Of a DNA stretch of 64,000 bases, positions 40,015 to 52,129 are shown piece by piece (positions within the stretch are counted from its first letter, which is position 1; each line of letters opens with the position of its first letter). A program made the position numbers and the translations under genes. Location of the stretch: positions 203,732,001-203,796,000 of the forward strand of contig JBITNC010000001.1 in assembly GCA_050084985.1 (NCBI GenBank), written 5' to 3'. Source of the DNA: Nageia nagi (Eukaryota; Plantae; Pinophyta). Under the pieces are notes generated by a model. That model made no database searches. It was given only the letters and a program-made list of their open reading frames with translations, and was not told the DNA's origin.

Positions 40015-42339
40015 CTTATAATAAATGGAATACTGGAAATTGGACGATGATGACTGATGGTTTTGAAGGCAAAATTTACGAAGAGATTCTGGGCAGAGCC
40101 AACGTATTTAGAATATCCAAAGAGGCTGCTGCCGCTATCAAGGGACATGTGGAATTCTATGCAGAAGACATAGAGTTCACCTACCTCAAGGTCTATGGCT
40201 CCATAAAAGCCCCTTATAGGCTACCCAGTTATGCAAGTAATCGTATCATCCTTATGGAATTTTCAAGACACTTTCTAAATATATACGACAAGGTATGGGT
40301 AAAGAAGGCGGCAACCACTTACCAATTACCTATTGTCATCGGGAATTATGAATGCACCACCTAGCGACAAATTGAAATGATCAAACAAGAACTGGTGTTG
40401 TATGAATTCCCGACAGAAGTAGCTACGGATCACTATGATCCCGATGGAGTGATTGATGCATTCTTCCAAAAGACTTGGAGGTCATCATATCCACACCAGT
40501 CCCTTGGTAGCATCGAGAGGTATAGGAACATTCAGGACACCCTACAGGTTCAATAAGAACAAAAACAACATGAAGTCGAAGAAGTTGCTAGGTTAAGAGC
40601 TAATGCATGGGTCATCGTTCCCCCGAGCCACGGGTATGTTATTCCCATAATATCCCCTTCAGTAACCCTGGCTCAAGGACAGAACGGGCAGTATGCTACC
40701 AATAGCATCACTGAACAAACCATTGAAACAACTGTCAAGGGTACGAAGAATGAAATCCTGGAACTCAGAAGAGCAAGCCTGATCTCTCAACCATTCAAGC
40801 AATTGCAGAAAAAGATAAATCTCCTACAAAGTTTGAATCGGAGTGGTATGCACCTGAATCAAAACCCAACACATCATCATCCAGTTCCGATAAATATGGA
40901 CTAAGTGACTCGTCAGAGACCGATGAAGAGATGGATTTTGCTGCAGTCATCAACACCGACATGGAGATAAACCAAGATACTGCCTTTGAGTGGGTCAACA
41001 TTGATCATTCAGTAGAGGTCCTTAGTGAAGGCAATCTCTCAGTCGATATGATTGTCCAACAAGCAGCAGGAGAAGTACCCCAAAATCCGCTCCTCAGAAA
41101 CAGGCATCGCAAATGCCACCATCTCGGACGACCACAACAACATCAGCTCAGAAGGGTACTTCAAGACCTAGGACAATGGCATCATCTTTAGGGGGAGATG
41201 ATGAAAATCAGGGGAATGAGGGAGAAAATGAAGAATAGAGGGGAAAAAGAAGACAAGTAGAGCATGATGTCGAGATCATCGAAGACGGAGAGATGATTCC
41301 CTACGGAAAACAACCTATGGAACCTCGCTTCGACATGGCTGCAGTGATGTCCAATTTGAGTTCAAATCATCCTTACGAAGGAGAAGATTCTGAAGATGAA
41401 AATGAGGAACTTCAGCAGATTGATACTCTTATCACCACTGTAGGAAAAGTCACCGATTAGACAAGCTCTACTCAAGGAAAAACAAGGCTAGTTCTGGAAA
41501 GTTTGGCCTCACTGTCGAGATAGAAGAGGCCCCTGCAGAGATTGTTGGCCCATTGGGAATGGAGCACAACATCATCAAGAATGCACGGGCATTGAGGGAA
41601 TCTGGTATATTATTGAAGTTAAAGAACTGGGAGCTGAAGAAGATAGTGGCAAGGTTGGAAATGATCGACAAAGAAGTCAGGGCTACTAATTTGACATTTG
41701 AAGACATCAAAAAGCAGGTTGACTTAAATATTGGAATCACCGCCCTGAAACAAGGATAGACCAAGAACCTTATTGAGGCCATCAAAGCACTCCCCTCAAG
41801 CATGGTAAATTTTTATATTGAGGAGGGGGGTCGCATTCTCAAGCGGAGAAAATAGACTAGTTGATCATCAGATGGACGAATGGGTACCCGACAATGCTAG
41901 ACCTACGGAGAAGGGCAACCCATCATCCTTTCATGCAGTATTTTTGCATAGATTAGTTCCCATATACACCAGAACCCAACTCAAAGCTATCATCAGTAAA
42001 CAGGCAAGGGAATACGAATTCTAGGTACCCTTGTTTGAGGAAAACGGTAGCATTAAGGAGTATATGACAGTGATGACAATGATCCACGCCACTATTGCAG
42101 AGTAGATATGTTCCAAGGATCCACACAACTTGAAAACAGGAAAACATATGATAGGAGGGATGAGATTGGCTGATTGGAGCAAGGAAATGGTCAAAACCAA
42201 TAAGGCCATCTTGGAGCACCTGCTATCAAAGGAAGGAGCTCTCCAGACAATCCATCGTGCCATCAGGAACGTAGAAGCGTTCATGGGAGATAACTTTGAA
42301 GCCAAAATCGCCACAAACATGCAAGTCATCTTCCCATGA
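40015..42339 (+). pseudogene. Copy A ORF, part 2
   Basis: Continues in frame across TSD CTATG (YPQFY|AYNKWNTGNWTMMTDGFEGKIYEEILG). Acidic low-complexity middle and coiled-coil-like C-terminus; stops and frameshifts. Confidence 0.78.
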
Positions 42340-42538
42340 TCGCCAGAATAGAAAGGGGTCTATTCTGGTAAGTTTTTGATACGGAAGCTAAATATTTGGC
42401 CAACTTAGTGGATTTCCACTAAGTCCAATTGTAATCTCTATTTAGCATTTTTTATTAGCTTTTAATCTCGCAATTAAGGTTAGGGTTTTGAAACTCATTT
42501 CTAGGGTTTCAAAGGTCACTTTTAGGGTTTCAAAACTC

Positions 42539-42546
42539 TATAAGTA
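42539..42546 (+). promoter_or_regulatory. Candidate LTR TATA box (TATAAGTA) of copy A
   Basis: About 1 kb before the 3' terminus. CTATAAGTA...TCATTTTT is also present in copy B at 25387-25394 (minus). Confidence 0.5.
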
Positions 42547-43578
42547 AGAGACCAAGGGTCTCATTTTTGTAAGGACTTCATTCTGAAGAAAAACACTTCA
42601 AGCTTGAAGAGAGAACTTTTGTAAGAGAGTAGCAAATTGATGTATCCTTGCACAACTCTTTTTCAAATTAATACAAAGTGGTTAATGCAAAGACTTGAGT
42701 TTGACACTTTTCATATTGATGTTATGGATTGATTCTTCGGGGGCACTTTTAGTGGGCTTGTGTACTTTTGTTTTATTCCTTTGAAAACTCTCTAGCTTTA
42801 GGGAAGTTATCTTTGAAAAACTTTAAAAGTTCTTAAAGCCTACCTACGTTTGTTGCTTGATCCTTAACATGCAAGTTGATTGGGTATTCTATGTTAGTTT
42901 CTACTTCTATGACATCTTGTTAGGTCCTTCATCCAAAACCATAATCCTTTCACTTTGAAACATCCCGTTTCCGCCCATTTGACGTTCCTCCCTGCTCCTC
43001 TTTGAAGCATTTTGAACATGAGGTTGTTTGCTTGCAAGGTTGGATGAATTGGATGAAAAGTCCTTGATTGATTCGGAAGAGATAAACTCTTAGACACTCT
43101 CCCGTCAGTGAACCTCAAACCCATATCCGAGCAAGTATCTTTTCTTTCTCCATGGTGTTGTCCTTCACCTTTTACAGTATTGCCTTTACGCTTTTTTTTT
43201 TATGCTTTCATACCGAAATATAATCCTTAAGTCCACACACAAAAGTTTTGAACAAACTCTATACATCAAAAAATAAAACATTGTTGGTTAACAAACTACA
43301 TACCTCTCATTCCATTGCATTGAGGCTGATTCCAAAGAGGGATACCACCACCTTTTATTTATCTATCCCTATTCAGAAAACACACCTGGCAGACATACCT
43401 TACAACATCACAACGTTGGGGTCACTAGGCAGGGTGTTTCAACAAGAGCCTTGGAGGTACACAGTCCTTTTCAACCGAGGGAATTGGTAATGCACTCCCA
43501 ACTATGTTGCTTAGGATCTCCTAAATTCTACATGCAATATTCAGAGTGTCCTGTACGGGAAAGAAAAGTATCCCAACA

Positions 43579-45700
43579 CTTTGAAGGTGTGCTAGGAGTT
43601 GTTTGAGAAGCTCCTTTCTTTGGGGATGATCTTCTTTTCCTTTGTGGAGTGGCAAATTTAGAAGAAGCAACTTGCTTCACTGTTGTGGATGTGGAAGGCA
43701 AGACCTCATCAACTTCTTCTGTATTAGAATCTCCTTCGATATCTATGATTTGAGTGTTATGTGAGTTAGATTGAGAATCTTCACCATCTTCATGCTCTTC
43801 TTCGGTCTCTCCTTCTTAACTTGATTCATGTGAATTAGATGATTCAAAGGATGTCTTAGAATCAGAAGATGAACTTGAGGAGTCAGGATCCTCAGGTGGG
43901 TTTGCAATGGGAGCATTTTCTTGAATTTGAGCCTCAATAGGCTTTGGAAATGTATCTGGTGCATGTTCTTCTGCAGGTGTCAATAAGTTGGGGAGGACTA
44001 GAGGATTCTCAGCTCGGATAGACATGATAGACACCATAGGAACATCCTTTGGGATAGCATCTTCAAGCTGTTGGAGAGGGAAATTTGGATACCCTTTTTC
44101 CTTCATGATAGCAACATCTTTGGTAATCTCCCTAACTACGATGTGGATTCCAGGCTTAACCCCACCCAGAGTGGTGTGCTCTCCTATCCTTCCCTGGTGT
44201 CTTCTCACTCTTGAAGAGTAGGTGGATTTTTCAGCAGAGATAGTACGAGGGTCATTTAGGTTCTGGATTCTCCTATCAATTTACCCTTCGACTATTAGGA
44301 TTTGATGAATCTCCTGGATCTGCTTCTCCTCCCTCGTATTTTTGTATTTTTTCTTGTTCCCAAGAGGTCAATGCTCATAGATCACAAGATTCCAAAATGC
44401 TCGTTTGTAAAAACACTAAATTCTTCCTTCAGGGTCATAGTGGGAGGCTGCCTCCTCCTCACTGAAGTGGTAGTAAGATAATTCTCTGCCTATCTCTTTA
44501 GCCTCTTGCCAAGTTGAGCAAGTGTAATCCTTGATTGAAATAGGGAGATTAGTTGTAGCATTTTTCTTCTTCCATACAGTTTCATATAAAAATAGCAGCT
44601 ATCTGTAGAATTCCATAAGGATGAGGCGGTTACTGGCATATCAAGGCAAGAGGTAGGGCCTAACTTTAGAGCGATAGACCTGGATGTAAGTATGTGTGGG
44701 GTCTTCTAGAAAGTAGTTAGCATGCCCTCGGATGGCCTCAACGGTTGAATCAGAGATCCTTTTCACCATTTTCCTCCCCTTAATTTCTTTATAAATTTGG
44801 AACTCCCATCCATCGTTCCTCATGGCGTAGTAGTCCCATCTTGACTCTACATCCACTTGGGGTAAGCTCTCCATACAGGCTTCTCTGGATTGTTCAAGAT
44901 CTCAATGTTTGCGTGGGTTGACTTCCTATTTTTGCCAGGGAGGAGAAGGAAAACTAGGTAGGAATTTATATAAAACTTTCTTGAAGAACCAATGTGAGCC
45001 AGTTGGAACAAGAGGGAGTCGCTTATTATGCTACTCTACCTTATTTTCTGCCGGTTTCCAATTACGGCAATGAATCCAGTAAACTCTCTCCAGGACTTTA
45101 AGTCATCTTCTTTTCTAGTGATTCTAGATAACATACTAATGATCATGGATACCGTGAGGTAAAAGTGTTGCCTCTTTGCATTTAACAACTTGTTTCTTGT
45201 GAATCCTTTGCTTTCCACTTCAAGCCAGTTTGTGATAAGACTTGCAACTTGTGGAGACTTCTCATAATATTCTAATGAATCTCTCTTAGTATAAATGACC
45301 CCTTCATTGCTCCACTTAAAGGCTTCTTCGATCCTAAAGGAGAGAAATCTAAGATTTTATTTTCATCAGTGTCATAGAGGGCTCGATCCTTGAAGTTGGC
45401 ATGCCTACCCACTTTTTAGCAAAGCTTTGGAAAAGGAATTACAAAAAGAATTAATGTGGCAGTCGCCAATCCATAAGTACACACTACTTCTCTAAGGATT
45501 TGGAATTTGTCTAATTCCCCAATAGCTTGAAGTGTCCGAAGTGGGTCGGTGTGAGACTAGTTGGTATCCCAGATAGTGGTAAAATTATTTTTGAACTTGG
45601 CTGGTTTCAATGGATCTTGAGGATTTTCTTTCATGAATTCTATATGACTTTTTTTGGTCAATCTGGCCAATTGCAGCTCTCTAGATTTGCCTAGCTTAGA
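43579..45700 (-). pseudogene. Copy B ORF, N-terminal part (unknown protein)
   Basis: IISMLSRITRKEDDLK..REF, FYINSYLVFLL, IYKEIKG...RISD and TYIQVY.S...PYLLP match copies A and C; contains stops and frameshifts. Confidence 0.75.
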
Positions 45701-46069
45701 ATTGATCTTCGTTTTCTTTAAACTGTAAGCAGACTGAATTAGTAGCAACTGACTCTGATAGATGAGGGGTGCAATGCAAGGAGGGTGTAATGCCTGACAG
45801 GCTTGTATGCCTTTATATAAAAGTAAGGTGACCAACTTTCTACATACAACGTTGCCTAGAACCTAATTTTAATGCATGAATGATGACAAGGTGGCCGACT
45901 AGTGGTTTCTGTTTTGAAATGCAAATGAATTCAAATCTTTAACATATGAGATGACCACAAAACGGTAACAAAGTGCATGGGCCCACTTCTAGGACAGAAA
46001 TGAACATTCACTAAAATGATTTAAATGCAAAAAAGGGTGGTTGCATCCATTCTCAATGATGGACGTTTA

Positions 46070-47400
46070 TCTCCTAGGGACCATGCGACCATGTTATGGA
46101 ATGAGTTGATGCAATACAAACGATGCAATGGACCATGAAATGCAAACAATAATGCAATAAGGAGGTGGTCGCATGGTTTGGGAATGATGGGAGTGTAACT
46201 TCTTGAAATTGTGCGACAAGCACTATGAGACACTAACTTGGACTAAATCACCCTCCTTTCTCTTTAATAGCTGCTTAGGATTGCCAGATGGCAACATTTC
46301 AAGGAGGAAAGGCAAGTGTTTCGACTCATGTCGTTTATAATGCATGACCAAGGTGGTCGCAAGCTTTCCAGAAGATGAAACTTTAACTATTCAAAATCAT
46401 GCGAACATACTTATTTGTTTTGGAGATGCAAAAAGGTGGTCGGCCCTTCCTTAAAAGATGCAAAGGTAACTAAATGGAACCCTGCGACCATTGAGAATGG
46501 ATGATGAACATGCTAGACTTAGCCCCAAGATGCAGGAATGATGCTAAGGTGACCATATGGAACCATGTGACCATTAAGAATGGCGTAGAAGTCCAAAAAA
46601 AGGGGTGGTCGCATGCTTTCAATAAGATGCAATGATGACCTTTATGTATTGTGCGACTAGTTTTGAGGCCAAGGCTGACTTTGTGAAAGTTGGACATGAC
46701 AAGGTTATATAGTTCCCTTCTTGACAGGTGTCCATGTTGAGTTGGTCAGAGTGGAGGCCGAATGATTTCAAGACAAGCCATTTGCATGCTTGCTTAACGT
46801 CTGGAAGAGGTGGTCGCATGCTTGGGGAAAGATGGAACTTCAACCTTTTGAAACCATGCGAACACTTCTAACAAGCCTTTTTCCCAACACTTAGTCAATT
46901 CTTGAACTTATAGCTTTGAAAGGAGGGTGGTCGCATGGTTTTAGGAAGATGAAAATGCTACTTTCAAGAACCATGCGAACACCTTTGAAGCTGCAATATG
47001 AATGTGTTAAGTGAACTAGACGGCCTTCCTTTATATACTGACTTCCTTGCCAAGTGCCCTCGTCCATTTGGTTGAAGTGAAGGCCGAATGTGATCAAGGC
47101 AAATGCAATGTGCTAGTAATGGTGGTCGGGAGGCCACAAAAAGATGAGTTTGCAACTAACTTGAATCGTGCAAACGCCCTTGGGAAGAGAATTTCCGTTA
47201 CTTAACCCAATTTTATGCTTCCTGGTTTCTCAAGAGAGGTGGTCGCATAACTTTGCAACTACTAGAAACCATGCGAACACCCTCAAAATGGAGAATTTGA
47301 GGACTTAACAACTTTTTGAATGCTGAAACTTGCTTGAGGAGGTGGTTGTGCTATTCCATGAAAATGTATCTTTCCTTCGACATGTGACCAACCTTGAACT
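46070..47400. repeat. Array of imperfect palindromes GGTGGTCGCATGGTT...AACCATGCGAACACC
   Basis: Units near 46165, 46350, 46605, 46810, 46925 and 47240. Confidence 0.8.
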
Positions 47401-47618
47401 TAACCACTTTCGGATTTCACACTTGTTCCCATGCATGAATTTCCCCGAAAATGCTTGTTTTTCTTAAGTAAGCTTCTCATCTGATTTTAAAGTTGCACTT
47501 TGGGCTATTCTGAACAATTTTCTTCAATTCTTGCTCAAAAAATGCTGTTTGAAGTTGAGGGTCCCCTTATCCTTTTGCAAAAAAAGGAGGACGGGTGTGT
47601 TGAGGCGTCAACACACTC

Positions 47619-49995
47619 TTCAAGCATATATGGCTCTTCCCATGAGCCTTTACCAAAAGAACAAGGCTCCCCTTTGCTCACACAACCTTCATATTCACTG
47701 ACATCAAGAACATCTTTCAAAACTTTCTATGCAATAGAAGTAGATTTACAACTTGCTATGAGAGGAAAAACATTTTCTTTCATACCTTTTCTTATGTCCA
47801 TGAGGGCCAAACAATTTTGATATTGCTTCTGTTTCTTTATCTTCTTCTCTTCACCATCAAGCAAGCTCCAAGGGTTCTTCATACCCATCTTCAATGATCT
47901 CCCAAAGATCCTTAGCCATAAAAATTGTTTTCATTATTATGCTCCATTGAACATAATTGTCTCCATCAAATCTTGGAACCTCCAACCCTTCAAACATGGT
48001 GTCCATCTCCATTTGTAGGGATTTAATAAATCCTCATACATTCTATCAAAAAATCAATCTCAATAAAAATTGTATATCTTCTCCAGATTTTAATATTCCT
48101 TTCTAGAATATCTAAAATCTGCACCTTCCTTTTGTTATCATCCTTCACTTTTTATTCTTCTTCGTTGATCTAGAAAAATATCATTACCATGCGCAACATA
48201 TGGCCTCCACAGTAATCAAGAAAAGCATGTATGCCTTGTCAACTTCAACTCAACTACTTCCAGGCTTGGGCACGCTGGGCGCAATTATTCCTCAATATTC
48301 TACACAGCCGCCTCTCTGTGTAGAACTCACAGGCTCACAATTAGTTTGACAGGTTCATTGTTCAACAAATAGAACACACAGCAGTAGCAGGGGTCTTCCC
48401 CAGCTTGCAGAGGGCCTGCTTCAAGCTTGACGACTCTCCTTTTACAATAAATGGGCCCTTCCAATGCTACATTCTCTCACAGCAGTTGTTTCCTAAATGT
48501 TTTCAAAGCAAGAGTTTAGTTTATTCCAGATTTTCTCTCAATCTTCAGAATAGCAAACACCTCACAGGTTGGCTGCTATATAGGTTGCACAACCAAAAAA
48601 TTTTGATGACAGTCCTTGAAGAGCTTCATAAGATCTTTCAAGACTTCACCCACTTTAACCCAATCCAATGAATCAACTAGCTCTGATACCAATTGAGAAA
48701 ATGCAAACTGATGCAAGATCTGATTATTATGAATTTGGAATACAAATATATAGTTCTGTGAGAGAACTACAAGACGAACAGGTGGTTGAGAAGTATTCTT
48801 CTCATGACTCACAACTAACTACAACAAGCCAAACCATGTGGTCAACAAACCACTACAAGACAATATATACAATCCATGTGACTACAACAAGCTACTACAT
48901 GACAAGCTGATAAATCTTTAGGGATAATGTTTATTCGAACAGTTTTGTGTGTTTAGAGGAATACCTAGCATATTTGCTCTTTTCCGGAATTCGGTAGTGT
49001 ATTTTTGCACACTCTGCTCTTTACAAAACTTGTCACAATTTATTTGACAAACACTTGACACAAAACCTCAATAAGTCTCGCTTCAAGTACACTACAGATT
49101 CTGATCCTCATCTTGTCAAATGACACACAAAACATTTAATATTTTAAAAGAAACTCTCTCAACACCATTACAGAAGCTTCCTTGGAGCATAAACACAAAT
49201 ATTGATGTCAACACGACCATTCTCAGATCTATGATATGACTAAAGTCATTAATCTCATAAGCAGACTGAGCCTTGAGACCCACAAGAATTTATCCCTTCC
49301 ATGGAGCAATCAGCATTGCCATCAGTTTTTAGAATTTAGAGGATAAATCAAAATTTAGCATATCTTTAAAAAGTTCTTCCTTCAACATGATTCTTCATCA
49401 CGATCAAAAGAGCTTTTAAACTCCCTGATAAAATTTAAAACTATAATACAACTATGCAGACTAAATCTTACACACAATTGCCATGTCGAAGATGCAAAAC
49501 AAAGATTAACTCATCATTGAAGATAACATAAACAAAACATACACATGGAGGAGAGGATAAAATCAAATATCACAACATTCTCTGTATTTATACAACATTA
49601 TAATATCCTCTCTATCATGGAGGAGTGTATTCTCAGCTCTATGCACTCTCATCAATGCCTCTCTTATGGAGGAGTGGATATAAACCCGCCTTTCATCTTT
49701 GTACTCCATGATACAATCTTATTTTCAAGGCTAGCAATGACCTTTGGTCTTCCTTTCAGTTACACTTGCTGCCTGACACATAGACCATCAAAGTTTAAAC
49801 AATTGAAGATGACAATTACATTTGGTTTCAGGAGCTCCTATTTCACTAAACTGATAAAAAATTTGCTTATTGAAGATGACAATTATATTAGATTAGCCTG
49901 AGTGAGAGATCAGGTTGACACCTGCAAGACATATTAGGAGTTGGAGAGCACTTGAGATTTGCCTTCTTCCTCCATCAGCATCACATACCAAAACA
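47619..49995 (-). mobile_element. Ty1/copia remnant: 5' LTR (48694 to ~49995), tRNA-iMet primer site, start of gag; interrupted by copy B
   Basis: TGGTATCAGAGC at 48680-48691 (minus). VPRFDGDNYVQWSIIMKTIFMAKDLWEIIEDGYEEP near 47870-48000 is the typical copia gag N-terminus. Confidence 0.82.
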
Positions 49996-50324
49996 ATGTG
50001 TAGTGTCACATTCAGGTTTACATTATGAAGTTGACTTTGTATACAATACTAATTGTTTTTTATAGATTTAACATTACATCAAAGTTTGAATATTTTGATT
50101 TACCAAAAAGCTCTTTAATTTATAGTATAAGCTAATTACCAATGACTCTACATTTGAGTCAGATTCAAAGGACTTCCAATAATGTTGCAAACTATTAAGA
50201 GAGGAAAATTCAGACACTGTAATTTTTTTAATATGCTAATCTTGGAATGCACACCTTTTGTTTTTGGTATTTAAGCATATTTCCTTTGAATATGATGTTT
50301 CTCGATGATCTTTGGTTAACCTAG

Positions 50325-50507
50325 AGGCTTCTGGAATATATGAGGAGAGTGTTTCTAGATACAAGTCATCAATGTATGTTCATTCCATAAGCTAACAATA
50401 TGTAATTACTCTCCTCATACAAGGCTTCTGGAATTTATGAGGAGAATGTTTCTAGATACAAGGCATCAATATATATTCATTCCATAAGCTAACAATATGC
50501 AATTACT
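50325..50507. repeat. Tandem duplication (97-bp period) just upstream of the exon 4 acceptor
   Basis: AGGCTTCTGGAAT.TATGAGGAGA... at 50325 and 50422. Confidence 0.88.
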
Positions 50508-50540
50508 TTGCTGAAGCTTTTTGACAATCATGTTTTTCAG

Positions 50541-50607
50541 GGTTTATTGCCTCCGCTGGATGCTCCGCATCATGTTCGCAAGCACGAGTGGGTTCCGTAT
50601 CGAGAAG
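50541..50607 (+). CDS. SPOUT1: SPOUT1-like methyltransferase, exon 4 (GLLPPLDAPHHVRKHEWVPYREG); gene continues beyond the window
   Basis: TTTTTCAG acceptor ending at 50540, the family motif G.LPPLDAPHH...YREG, and a phase-1 GT donor at 50608. Confidence 0.92.
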
Positions 50608-52129
50608 GTTGTATTTTATCATCCATTATGTTTTAGAGAAAAAAAGATACAATAATCCAAATTTCAAATCATCCAAGCCTTTTTCTCACATTATTTTGTA
50701 GTCCTGAATTTAAGTGTTAGGGCATATCCATATCAAAGAGAGCTGGCATTCTAGGTTTGAGTACTAATAGGATGAAAACATGACCAATTTCAATATAGAA
50801 GTAATTGAAGCTATGGTATCTAAAATTCCATTTGGTCGACATACATTTAAAGGGGTAAGCATGGATGCTATTTAAAAAATAAAAGGTATAATCACTTAAA
50901 AGAGGAAAAAGGATTTACTCTTTTAAAGACACAAAATGATAGAATTGGGGATTATGCATATTGACCTTTACATCCATACTTGGATTAATTTTTGCATAAA
51001 CATTCATAATTTTTAGCAAGGTGATGATTTAGTTGCTCTTTTTGTAGCTGTCATGGGTGGCTGTAGTTTTGAGTCTAAACTATCTCTTTTGGTTATCCAT
51101 GAATGTTCAAATGGAGGTGATATCCTTCATCTGTAGACGTTGTCAGATTTGTGTTAAAAGTTAAAACATGTATATGTTACATTTTCTTTTTAAGAATCAT
51201 AAATAACAAACCTATGCTCAACAAGAATCAGTTCATAGAATTACTGCTATCTTTTTTGAAAGTTGCTATGACTATTTATCTGGCTTATGTTGGTTACACC
51301 TTACATGGGATTGATTCGATAATGAATAATATCTTATAAATAGGAGCACATATAATACTCATAATAATTGTAAAAATCATATCTTGTTTGCTTATTGAAA
51401 ATATTTGGAGACTTTGCCTTTTCAAAGTGGCTCTGGAGACTTTGCACTCTTGAAGTGGTTATCACTTTTGGATTTCTATTACTCGATATTCTGTATTTGG
51501 CTATTGCGAGTTATTCTTCAATTGACATTGTATGGTAATATTTTTTTTTTCAATTTTGTTATTTTGATATAACAGGGATATTATTCTGTTATTTTATTGG
51601 CTAGTTCATTACTAGTGGTATCAAAATATCAATTTTGGGCTCTTGGCAAAACAATTGACTATGTTTGTCCTTTTGGAGGCCCTGAGTACAATGAGGATAT
51701 CTTGCCCATAATTCTGAATTTTTTAATGAAATTTGAACAGTTGATAGAAACCAGGCCAAGAAAATTGTGGTCAAAATTTTAAACAAATTGGACTATATTG
51801 ACCGAGTTATAGGCATTTGAAGTTTATTAAAATTGCTGCCTAGGACTGAAAACAAAGAATTTTAAAGTGATTTTTGGGAATCAGCTGTAACAGTATAAGA
51901 TCAAGTAACAGATGAATTTTCAGAAGAATTGAAGCTATATTGAGCGAATTATTTCATAATGGGGTTTCTCCACCAAATTTTCTCCATATGCTACAAATTA
52001 ACAAACATGTCATACCAGTTTTAGGGTTTTTGGTTAGGCATGGTTTTATAGTATATGGGTACCAATTTTTCTTTTTAGGGCACAACTTAAAAAATTTGAG
52101 AGAGTTTTTGTGAAAGGTGGCACAACTAT

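Larger units (their letters stand above)
27383..43578 (+). mobile_element. Giant ORF-bearing solo-LTR-like unit, copy A (complete; 7844 bp without the nested Tat element)
   Basis: TGTTG...CAACA termini; TSD CTTTG at 27378-27382 and 43579-43583. Removing it restores the copy B reading frame. No internal paired LTRs or gag-pol of its own. Confidence 0.85.
24835..47613 (-). mobile_element. Giant ORF-bearing LTR-like unit, copy B (3'-truncated; hosts copy A and an RT fragment)
   Basis: Minus-strand start TGTTGACGCCTCAACACACCC...GGGGACCC resembles the starts of copies A and C. Palindrome array at 46070-47400, homologous ORF, and TATAAGTA at 25387-25394. Left end lost. Confidence 0.72.
18882..50540 (+). 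other. Intron 3 of the SPOUT1-like gene (~31.7 kb) containing a transposon nest
   Basis: GT...AG boundaries; splicing gives the contiguous motif NLRLV|GLLPPLDAPHH. Confidence 0.85.

Noticed and set aside
27411-43447. Alternative copy A boundaries with a CAAGA duplication
   Set aside because: No CA terminus and no frame restoration; 27383-43578 with CTTTG satisfies both.
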